A DNA stretch of 64,000 nt from Ptychomitrium polyphyllum (lineage: Eukaryota): positions 7,626,001 through 7,690,000 of the forward strand of contig OZ316776.1 of assembly GCA_973851085.1 (NCBI GenBank), read 5' to 3'. The position numbers and the translations under genes were made by a program. Under the pieces are notes generated by a model. It did no database searches, was not told the DNA's origin, and saw only the letters and a list, made by a program, of their open reading frames with translations. Positions 49,273-59,976 of this stretch are shown here, in pieces (the first letter of the stretch is position 1; each line of letters opens with the position of its first letter).

Positions 49273-50713
49273 TTAGCTTATTGTAAAGGTGCATTATTGA
49301 CATTGTAATATTATAAAATGCCTATTATTTAGAATTTGATTAAAATTTGTGAGTAATAAAACTATATAGATTTGTTAACAAATTGTAGAATCAATTATAT
49401 TTTGAATCATATTAAGTGAATTAAACTAAATTACATACAACCAATGAAAATTTTTGGTGTTAATTATTATCTTTTTTTCTACATAAAAAATAGTTTAACC
49501 TATTTCTTTTAAGAAATTTTGAAAATTTAAAAAAACTCAAATCATAACCCTTTATATCATTAGGGCATATACCCTTAGATATTCAAGTATCATTTCAATA
49601 TTATTTAGGTGTCTTTTAGATACCATCTTAATACCTTCCAAATTAATTCAAAAAACTAGTTTGCCTTGCTAATTTGTGATGGATTAGAAAAATTACTAAT
49701 CATGTCTTATTGAAAAATGTTGTTAATAAAATGTAAATGGCCATTAAATTTAAAAGCCTTAAAACAATTAATGTCAATTGCTATGTGAGCAGTGTAATCC
49801 CTAAATTATGGCATTTCATGTATTACATTTCTTTTAGAGGCACACCACTATTATTGCTCTTTGATTGCCAATGAAGTATTATAATCCAAAAATTTGTAGT
49901 AGTTAATTAATAAAAAAAAAAAAAAGTGTTATATGGCGAGTCTAATATAATTCCATATTAGATTTCTCTATTAACAAAATTCCTATGAGAATATTTTTGT
50001 AAATTTTTTATAATATTCTACAAAAAAAGCTAAAATGGATTTTGGAATGTGTTTGTTTGCACTAATAAGGAGCTTTTATCTTATTAAAGTGCCTCAAATT
50101 TTGAACCTCTCCAAAGCTAGTCAAGTTCTTTCAAGTCATTTCCTTTAAATTGTCCTAGTTGTTTAAAGTTCTTCCAATTCCTTCCAAAATCAAGATTATT
50201 ATTTTTCTTATATTAGAGAGACACTGAAACAAGAAATTATAATAGTAAACAATTATATTGTTTGAATTAAATAATACAAGATTAGAAAATATATTATGTG
50301 GATTGATGGATAGAAAAAGGATGCATATTATTGTATGTATGATTTGTATCATGAAATGTATGTGATGTGTGGTACAAGGAGATGTATGGTGCATTAATGA
50401 ATTATTGCATTCAATAATATGCACTAGGCTTGTTGTATGTAAATTTCATGTCTTGTTGTATGTAAATTTCATGTCTCACAAAGAGGAACTTTCAAATTGC
50501 TACAATTCCATTATTAAGCAATATTAATAAGATTGCACTATTTTACTTGTGAACTACAAAAAATATCGTATACTCTTTGATCTTATACATAATGTAATAC
50601 ATAATGTAGTACTTGAAGTAAAAAAGCTTCAGCATTTTTTACAGTGCTATTCACCATGGCGAACAGCACAAGTATTGAATTAAAGAATGTGATCAGGCAA
50701 GGAAAAGCTAGAA

Positions 50714-51020
50714 GAACGAAGTATGTGAAAGAGAGAGGAACGAAGTATGTAAAAGAGAGAGGAACGAAGCATGTAAAAGAGAGAGGAACGAAGCATGTAA
50801 AAGAGAGAGGAACGAAGCATGTAAAAGAGAGAGGAACGAAGTATGTAAAAGACAGAGGAACGAAGCATGTAAAAGAGAGAGGAACGAAGCATGTAAAAGA
50901 GAGAGGAACGAAGCATGTAAAAGAGAGAGGAACGAAGTATGTAAAAGAAAGAGGAACGAAGCATGTAAAAGAGAGAGGAACGAAGCATGTAAAAGAGAGA
51001 GGAACGAAGCATGTAAAAGA
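50714..51020. repeat. 24-bp minisatellite, ~13 copies (gaacgaagcatgtaaaagagagag)
   Basis: Directly visible; it generates the spurious KERGTKHV and complementary ORFs. Confidence 0.97.
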
Positions 51021-51145
51021 AGTAAAAGAGAAGAGAGAACAAAGAAGTAAAAGAGAAGAGAGAACAAAGAAGTAAAAGATAACAGAGAACAAAGAAGTAA
51101 AAGAGAACAGAGAACAAAGACGCAAAAGAGAAAAGAGAGAAGAAG
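51019..51145. repeat. 25-bp purine-rich tandem repeat, ~4-5 copies (gaagtaaaagagaagagagaacaaa)
   Basis: Directly visible, abutting the 24-bp array. Confidence 0.88.
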
Positions 51146-51220
51146 TAAATAAAAGAAGGCTGAGGGAAGGGAAAAAGGAAATCCTTAGCATAGGGAGGCG
51201 GGCCCCAGAACAGCAGCCTG

Positions 51221-51235
51221 AAACCCTAACCCTAG
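51221..51235 (+). promoter_or_regulatory. Telo-box (AAACCCTAACCCTAG) in the RPS29 promoter
   Basis: AAACCCTAA lies ~130 bp upstream of the ATG with GGGCCC at about 51200, as is typical of plant ribosomal protein promoters. Confidence 0.7.
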
Positions 51236-51359
51236 AGAGGGGGGGGGGCCAGTGAAGAAACAGACGGGTGTGCGAAGCAGTCTTTCTTTTGCCTTCGTTG
51301 CGCTTCGCCTCGCTTGCTCGCCGCACTCGCGTTTTGCGCCCTCACTCTCTCTGCCCAGC

Positions 51360-52643
51360 ATGGGTCACGAAGCCGTCTGGAACTCGCACCCTAAGGGCTA
51401 CGGCCCTGGCTCCCGCACCTGGTAACGCTACTCCGGCTTTCTCTTGCCGCTTGCTTTGCTTTTCACCGTCTCAATCTTCCGCGCTAGAGTTTCAGTGTTA
51501 TGCTTTTCGTCTTGGTTTTTGATGGAATTCTTGTTTTTCTGTTTTATCTAATTTTCTGGATTGATGGGGTTTTATGATCCCGTTAGGTTCTTTGCTTCTT
51601 GACGTGGATAAATTGGTGTTTTCGTTGTCTTAGTCTGCAGTCGTGTATGTATGTGAGAGCGCATGTCTGGGATTTTCCTTGGAGGGGTAGCGTGTGTAGA
51701 TGTGGTTTGTTGTTTTCCGTTTCAGGTAAACAGTTACAAGGTGACTTGTACTGTATAGTGTGCAGGACTTCGGAATATTTGTGTTTGTGATCCTCGAAGA
51801 GGATGTTTGTTTAAGTCTCTTTCTTCGTTGTTAGATCGCATGTGCCTCCTATTCGCTTGCTATTGAAACCTTCGTCCGGTTCTTGTGCGTTCCGCATATA
51901 ATGCCTCAACTCTGATTCTCAAAGTATTATGTCTTCGGCGAATCTTGTCATAGAGGCATAGATACACGTATTGAGAGAACGTGGATAATTGACTGTATTG
52001 GTAGCCTTCCATCCAAAGTACTCTCACGATATTCTCGTATTTCTAATTTCAATGTACAGCGTTTGATGTTTTGCATGATGTTGTTCAATAACTGTTGTTC
52101 TGTACATTTTCGTTCGATTTTCTGAGTGTCCGAATTTAGGTTTTGGATTCATGTGCATATCTTGAATTTTTAACATTTAAACCTAGTAGTCATAAGTGGC
52201 ACCATTGCTTGGACTCAAGATGGAAAAGCTATTGTCTGTATGATTGCCCTTCGAATTAGTCGATAATTTCATTTTATCCCAATAACCAAGTTCATTTGCA
52301 CATCAGTTCCCGAAATAATTTTGCTACTTTTTGAGATTAAGCATTCTATTTTTTCTTAAGACTCATCATGTTCTCTCTGTAATTTGCAGCCGGGTGTGCG
52401 GAAACTCATGCGGAATGATCCGCAAGTACGGCATCAACACTTGTCGTCAGTGCTTCCGCATCTACAGCAAGGACATCGGCTTTGTAAAGGTAGACATTTC
52501 GACCTGTCTCGAATTGGTATTGAGACAGTATTTCCATTAATGCTAGTTTAACATAAAAGGAATATGGAGTTTTAGATTTTCATTGAATTGTTTTAGAGTC
52601 GTTGTTGATGGTTTTTCTGTTGTCCGTGATGCAGTACCGCTAA
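51360..52643 (+). CDS. RPS29: 40S ribosomal protein S29 (uS14), 56 aa; exons 51360-51421, 52390-52489, 52635-52643
   Basis: Spliced product is [56 protein letters not shown], with canonical GT-AG introns. Confidence 0.97.
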
Positions 52644-55039
52644 ATGGAAGCGAGCGCGGAGCGCTCATGCGTACGACTATGGCATAGTCTAATGGTTTTA
52701 TACTAGGTCATTTGTATCAGAAAGCATTGAACGCCCTCAGGAGTTGAGTTTTATGAAACGGCTGTTGCAGCTGTGATTTCTCAGTTCAACGGAGCTCTGG
52801 TCTTTGCCAATTTTCCTGTCAAATTTTCTGTTGCATGTGGACATGAATTTGAAGTAGTTTTCGAAACTCAAATGGCCTCGTCTGCACTGAAGATTAGGGA
52901 CGACAGCTGTAATGGATTCTCTAATCTGTGTCGAGTGGTGCTCTTTGCTCCGTCGTCTCGACCTTTTTGATTCAATTTCCTAAATCTGTTGTATGTTTCG
53001 CTCGTGCAATCTCTTTAAAGGGCTGGATTATATTCTGGGTTTTGAAGCCGTTCTGCATGAGATTTTTTATCGGAGTGCACACCAGGTGTACTATAAGTGA
53101 CGTGTTGAAAACGATGAAGTAGAATTGCCGAGAGTAGAACTTGCCGGTAGTTGGCGTGTTTGCTATGAGAATGAACTTCGGATGCGCAGTACTAAAGAGT
53201 GGTTACTATCCAACTAAAGTCAGATCCGTACTGCAAACACTTACAATTTCCTGCGAACGTGGTAAATTTACAATACGTACAGAGACCAGCTGGACGCGAA
53301 TCAAACGTAGAATCGATTTCATGCCAAACAAGCATGAACGAAGCTCTGTGCAAAACAACGACAAGGTACTCCTACCTTCTGAATTCTTTGTCAATCAGTC
53401 GTTCAGTCCTCGAAACGTCATGCCGCAGTGGCGGACCTCTTTTCTCACATTCATTTATAATCACAACGGTGGTTGCCCTCTCTCCATATTGTTGGAATGC
53501 AAAATGTGAACGAAGGTCGTGTCGCAACGAAACTTACTATGAGCCGACCTTCACCCGGCTTAAAGAAAATGAAAACGAAACCTGTGAGCGGACCAACCGC
53601 AACTTACTTGCTTAGTGTAAAGCATACAGAGAACAGAAAACAAAACCTGAAGCGTGCAAAACGATAAGAAACTCGAGTTCATTATCCTCTGCCAGGAATG
53701 ACCCCAGCAATAACAGACCCCTGAAAGAAAAAGGACACCCACCCACCGCCCCACCATCAAGATCCAGGAACTCACTGGAACGCGCGACCCAGATTCGCTC
53801 TCCAAAACCTCAGTTCACACCACGAAAGAAGGACACGAAGGTTCTGGAGGCTGCGGATTGTTGACGATGAGGCTGTTCCGCAACTTCCTAGCTTCCAGAA
53901 TCTTCAGCGAGTTCTTCACGTTTCCCACAAAGCGTTGCATATTATTAGGGTTCGTTGCCGCACTTGAGCACTCACCTCATGCCATCGATCCAAGCTTCCA
54001 GCCCGACCTTGCGCTCAACGCATTCCATTCTGCCTCCGAGCGGTGCAACACTTGCGACCTCATCTTCGCCCTTACCGTGCCATACCCTCAGCCTCACTCG
54101 GTGCCCTGCCTTGTGGCGCTTCCCACTACCCTTTAAGTTCAGACCCACTTTGTGGACTGCAACACTATTCTTTGTCTTGTGAGTTTCAAGCCTTTACCAC
54201 GTTTGCGCTTCACCTGCGAGTCGGTTACTGTGGTGCAGAGTTCGTTGTGATTTGAGTCGAGGCGGTTGGGATCCGTGTCGGTACGTTTTTGAGGCGAGGT
54301 TCTGTGAGTTTTGGAGTTTCGGGGAGAGGGAGGTTGGTGGGTTTCTGATATTATTGTAGAAGTTTTTCTTGAGGTTGGTTTATGGGTTTTTTAAAGTTTT
54401 TTTTGTTCCTTTTATGATTTTTTGATTGTTAGAAGTGGTGAGGTTTATGTTCTTTTGGAAAGTGGTAAGACTTTTTTTGTTTTTTCGTTGTTTTCTGTTT
54501 CTTTCTGGTGTCGCTTAGAATTGTTTGTGCTTGTGGTCGATGGTTTGTGGGGAAAGTGGTTTTGAACTGTTCTCGTCTGTATCCTGGTGGAGTGTGAGAG
54601 TGACATTGGTCCATGAGTTGAAAGACTTGTGAATTAGTGCAAGTGATCATTCGACCACTTGGGTACGTTTGTTTGGTTATTGCCTGATAAGCGTAGACGG
54701 TTGTTCTCTGATATCTAGCTTGTAGTGTTAGTAAGAATTTTTTGTTGTGTTCCGCAGCAGTTGGGTGCACTTTTGTAGGGGCTTAATTATGACAACGAAT
54801 TTTGCTTCTGATAATGTGCATGTAATAAATTGTTAGCCAATTTTGTGAATAAAAAATTACTCAGAAAATCACAGTTTCTCAATGTGATTTTGTTAGTAAT
54901 TTTTCTATTTGAGAAAAATCTCGATGCTTTTACGGATTATCTTTGATGTCTGTTTGCTTTTATTGCGAATATTCTGACTCTGACCTCTTTTGATGCAGGT
55001 GGAATTGAACTTGATTTTGAGACATCAATCTTCAAAGTA

Positions 55040-56349
55040 ATGGCACAAGATGGATGGAAGGTGGAGCTTTATGTGTACGATCTCAGCCAAGGGCTGGCTC
55101 GGCAGCTTTCTTCTCAATTTTTGGGGAAAGTAATTGAAGGCATTTGGCATACAGGTATTGGAGTGTATGGAAAGGAATACTTCTTTGGTGGTGGGATTCA
55201 GAGTGTACCACTGAAACAAAGCCCATATGGACAACCTGTACAAGTAGCAGAGCTTGGCACTACTCAGGTTCCTCAAGATATTTTTGAAGAATACTTGCGA
55301 GATATACAGCCACGGTACACGCAGGAATCATACAACCTCATGAAGCATAATTGCAACAATTTCTCAGATGAGGTCTGCCAGTTTCTGGTGGGATCAAGCA
55401 TCCCGGAATATATTTTGCGGTTGCCTGAGGAAGTTATGAATAGCCCTATGGGTCCTCTACTAAGTAAGTTTATATTCATTGTTTGTTGGAATTTTTCATT
55501 CTTTGTGTTTTGAATTTGGTAATGCGGTGTCCCAGTCAACTATGAGTTGTGTCTTACTACTGTGTGGTTGTGACAGGGCCACTGATAGAGAATTTGGAAA
55601 CTACTTTGCGAAATGGTGGAGTCCCTGGAGCACCGTATCAACCTGGTTCTGCACAGTCCATGCCTAATTTTGCCAGTGTTCAGTTGCCAACCTCGTTGCC
55701 ATCCCCAGCAGCTCCCACTAGGTCTGCCGGCCCAGTACTTTCTGCAAGCCAATCGTCATCCGATGCATCGACTCCACCTTCATCTTCACCTTCACCTCGA
55801 TCGATCAGCTTAGCGGATGTGCCTCCTCATGTCTCGCCTGCTCGAGTCATAACACCCTCAAAACCCATGGGTATGTCTACCTAGCCCTCTTCTATTTTAT
55901 CAAATATATGTTTGTCTGCAAACTTACATGATCAGAGATAGGATTGCCAGCTTCTTCCCGCTTAAATAAATACCTACGTGTCAGTTTGTAACTTTAGTGT
56001 ATTTCAGTTGTCACTCTCAACTTGACATATTATTGTAGGTATAATTTTTAGCAACTGATATTCTGTACCTCGAGTGTCTGTGGCAGGTGTGACCATGACC
56101 GCTGAGATAAGCGAGCAAAGCCGCAGTAAAGAGCTGCAAACATCACTGCCTGCTCCGACACCCCCAGCACGCCATGATCTGAATAATGCCAGAGCTAAAG
56201 TTACACAGGAAATTACACAGGAGTTCGCACTCATCATGGCATCAGGGAGTCTTAGAGCTAGCGAAGCTGCTGCATTAGCAGCTCGACGGGTTTTGGAGAG
56301 ACATAGAATTGGAGGCGTTTCTTCTGGTCATCCTCAGAGTGCTGCTTGA
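55040..56349 (+). CDS. PPPDE/DeSI-family peptidase (DESI1-like), ~326 aa; exons 55040-55463, 55577-55870, 56087-56349
   Basis: Motifs LYVYDLSQG, GIWHTG (catalytic His), EYFFGGGI and HNCNNFS (catalytic Cys); Pro/Ser-rich linker; C-terminal EFALIMASGSLRASEAAALA. Confidence 0.95.
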
Positions 56350-57076
56350 AAAGAGCAAATTATCGTTTGAGACGACGTACTTTCTTGCTCATTATTTATT
56401 GTCCACCAAGAATAGAATCTTAGTTCTGTCTGAGTCAGTTGCTCAATCCCGGACTCCTGACAAGATTGCCGTACTCGAAGTTCTAAGATTCTGTACAGAT
56501 AGTGTCGACATATTTGGTCCTCATTTCTGAGCTTGTAGTTGTCCATTTACAAATTTGAACTATATCTGCCTCCTCCATTTTAGACTGGACAATTGTATTG
56601 CCCTTCAATTGGAGAGGGGTCATGAACATTTAATTGAACTTTATTTTGAGCATGTCCGATTTTGCTAGTCCTGAGAACTATTGCTGGTGTCAGTTTGCTC
56701 TTGACTAGTTAGAGAATTACAGACTATAGTTGGTCTGGTTTTCCTGATACTTGTGGATATGTGATGTATGAGGAAGTTTACTTTTGCAAATTTGTTGTCA
56801 TTGAGGTATTGGTGATGTCGACACATCTGTACAGAATCTTATATATTGGACTGATCAAAGGCCTGATTTGAAATTATTAAAACTGACTAATAGTATTGCT
56901 TGAAAGCTTAAAATTGGGCCTAGGATATTGAGACACTGGCCCAATTTGCATCTATCTTATGTGGCAGGCTATGTGGCACATTTTTAGCACCCAAAAAGTT
57001 TGGTCCAAGCCTCTTCATGATCCCATGGCCCAATTACTGGAGGGCCAATTACATCTCGTAGACTCCACAATCCAAA

Positions 57077-57547
57077 ATGTGTCGTGCAGTTGGATTTATA
57101 ATTGAAGGACTTGATGATGACAAAGAGGGATGGGATGAAGAGGGATCTTGTTGTAAAGGTCTTCAAAGAAGGTTATTCCCTGAGAGACTTGCAACCATTC
57201 TAGCCTTCTACATTGACAAAGGCATTGCCGTATCAATATTTTCTCAAAGGCTTCGGACAAATCTTAACAAGACTTTTGGACTTTGTTGCGCTACGGACGT
57301 ACATTATTTGAAAGGTGTTACGTTTGCAATTGCGTTCGAGAGGCATTGGGGTGATTTATGCAAGTTGATAGACATGCGAATGCAGGTGAGCAATGGTACT
57401 CCACCGATCTCTTTCCCAATCACCCTCAAAATATTGCTCAAAATTGCACGGGGCATGGCTTCGCTGTACAAGTTTGGCCTCCTCCACAGAGAACTAAAAT
57501 CAGCCAATGTCTTTGTGATGGGCAAAGGAAACTCATATTACAAATGA
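57077..57547 (+). pseudogene. Truncated protein kinase fragment (subdomains ~II-VIb)
   Basis: FAIAFERHWGDLCKLIDMRM, ILLKIARGMASLYKFGLLHRELKSANVFV, then a stop. No DFG or later subdomains; catalytic HRD appears as HRE. Confidence 0.75.
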
Positions 57548-57983
57548 AGACAAATTATCCAGTAGTGCTACAAAATGATTCTACTACATCGATTCTCCAC
57601 AGTTGCTAACAACGTGGCCCTCCGAAGTGTGATATTACAGCTTCCTACAAGAACTCTTCCTTGTCAACCAAAATTCCACCATACCTCCTCATGAAATTCT
57701 TTCACCTGAAATCATCCTCAGATAACACCCACATGCTGGAATATCACCAAATCTAGAGCACAGAGCAAGAATGCTTACTCTTCTCGGATTTCGTCCCAAA
57801 TAGTTTAAGAAATTCTCCAATATCCTACAGGACGTTTCCCTTACAAGAGCCGCAATACTCTGTATGCTTCAAATGGTTGCTTCTGATTCTAGAATCTTCA
57901 ATTCAATGGCTGTATTGTTCGGGATGATGTTGTTCTACTTCAGTAAATGTGCACAAATGGGGTAAGAAAAAAGCCAAGCAGTT

Positions 57984-58820
57984 TCAATCCTGGCTCCGAG
58001 ATGACAAAGTATCATCTAATAGCAAGTTGTAGTTTTCTAAAAGAGAGGTGAGCTCAGACAAACTCTGGATCTTGTGTGTGGGCTGCTGCTCGTCTGGCAG
58101 CTCGTGGACGTGGTAGCGCTCCGCCTCGTCCAGCAAGCAAGTTCTGGCGCCGGCGCGGTTGCCGCAGACGATGTCATCAGGGGCGCTGTCGCCGACCATC
58201 AGGACCTCGGAGGGGCTGACTCCCCAGATGTCGCAGATGTGGAGCAATGGCGCGGGGCTGGGCTTATAGGGCGTGAACTCCCGGCTCAGGGCGGGGTTAA
58301 ATTTGGACAAACCGAAGCGGGAGTGGAAGAAGTCGACGGAATCTTTCACGTTGCGCGTGATGAGGCCGCGGGGGATGCGGTGCGAGTCCAAGAACGAGCA
58401 CACCTCCTTGACGCCCGGCATGAGCTGCAGCTTGCCATGGGCGTCTTTCTCAATTTCGGTGATGATGGCGAATGCCTGCATCTGCTTCTCGGAGCTCCAG
58501 CCCGAAATCTCGTGCAGAATGTCGATGGGAGAGTTGTTGACGACGCCCGGATGGTCATCGCCTAAAACGCGCCGGTACATGAGCCGGAAGTCGATGCACG
58601 GCACCGTGAGCGTGCCGTCCATGTCGAAAACAACCCCCTTCAGTGGCCGCTTAGATTGCGAGTTCCCGTTCGTCGCCATTATCACAAGTCGTCGTGTGGG
58701 CAATACAGCCCTTGTGAGATTCGACCACATCAATCCTCCCGCGCCCTGCAAAACATGGAACCCTTCTGAGCACACCTTATACACTCTCGCAATACGATTC
58801 TCTGCAAATGATCTCATCAC
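57984..58820 (-). CDS. HAD-superfamily hydrolase (At2g33255-like), single coding exon; true start codon uncertain
   Basis: Motif I FDMDGTLT, LITRN, KPSPAP and motif IV MVGDSAPDD, with a transit-peptide-like N-terminus. Confidence 0.92.
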   Translation of the reverse strand: MMRSFAENRIARVYKVCSEGFHVLQGAGGLMWSNLTRAVLPTRRLVIMATNGNSQSKRPLKGVVFDMDGTLTVPCIDFRLMYRRVLGDDHPGVVNNSPIDILHEISGWSSEKQMQAFAIITEIEKDAHGKLQLMPGVKEVCSFLDSHRIPRGLITRNVKDSVDFFHSRFGLSKFNPALSREFTPYKPSPAPLLHICDIWGVSPSEVLMVGDSAPDDIVCGNRAGARTCLLDEAERYHVHELPDEQQPTHKIQSLSELTSLLENYNLLLDDTLSSRSQD

Positions 58821-59976
58821 AAATATATCTTCAGTAGCCCAAAATTTGTAAACCCCAACACCTTCTGCCTAATCCGCATAGCAAGCGAGAAGGAAAACTG
58901 TATGCAAGCTTCCCTCACTGTCTACTCGAACTCCAAGACGCCCTTTCCTTCACACTACATTTGAAAAAGAGGCATCCGTAAACTAGCTCCATCAAGAATT
59001 CCACAGCACGATACTGGTATCAATATACCAAAGCACAAACATTCAATATAATCAAACGACAACCACCTCGAGGCACCGCTTGTGGGCAACGAGAGCCTTA
59101 GTCCTCAACCTACAACGACATGTGAAGCTCCCCAATTGCTACTGAACTGCGGAAGCTCGACACATGATCAATTCAGAATCTAAGAGACACCGCGATCAGA
59201 GAAAGAAGGATTCTAAAAGTGTTTTTCATTCAACATCAACAAACAAAACCGAAAGTCATAGCCGGAGCCAGAGCCAGCCAAAGAACATGAGCTCTCACCT
59301 CAAAGACCCGCAGTCTGAAACTCAGAATCTGAATGACCGCACACTCCGAGAATCAGTTCTCCCGACGAAAAGATTCAGCTCCACACCGTTGAATGAGGCC
59401 GATACAATCAGAACACCGGCTTACACTAGCCATTCAACAACGACACCTAAGGCTCTGTTTGCGCAACGCAGCCCTTACCCGCACCGCCTGGCGCAACCAG
59501 GACCCCATCATTCCCTTTCACTACAACTACATAAGGCGCATGTACACGACAGTCCAATAAAAGCACGACTCATTGAAATAGGAAAGCGGCGTAAGCGGGC
59601 AGACATGCTGGCGCAACAAGGAAGTTCGCGTCCTCAATGCTCATCCATCCGCAGCAACGGAGGGAAAAAAAGCATAGAAAAGTAGAAAACAGGGGGAAAA
59701 GGTTAAGGGCGTATCTCGCGAGCCTTCGACCCCCGTGACGAGTTCGCAAACCTATCCTTGCAAGTGTTATCCATTCGCTGGGGCATGGCTCGGAGGAAAC
59801 CCAAAACCCAACCTTTCCAGTGGCCTCACTAGGCTACACACTTGCGCTCTGTCGCTGCGCCTCGTTCTTTCTCTCGCTGAGGCGCCGTCTCGCAACTCCT
59901 CTCGGTTTTGCGCTAGAGCAGGGTTGGGTTAGGCTTCGTGTTTTGTACATTAGGAGGAGCCCGAGATTCGGCAACC

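Noticed and set aside
50583..51326. ORFs of 119-247 aa with KERGTKHV / FVPLSFTC repeats
   Set aside because: By-products of a stop-free 24-bp minisatellite open in several frames; no other coding evidence.
52074..52126. Possible intronic C/D snoRNA in RPS29 intron 1
   Set aside because: Imperfect C box, too short, and no terminal stem or recognisable rRNA guide.
59164..59685. 173-aa ORF between HAD and TIC110
   Set aside because: Low-complexity product typical of the reverse strand of a T/G-rich UTR intron or promoter; no domain features.
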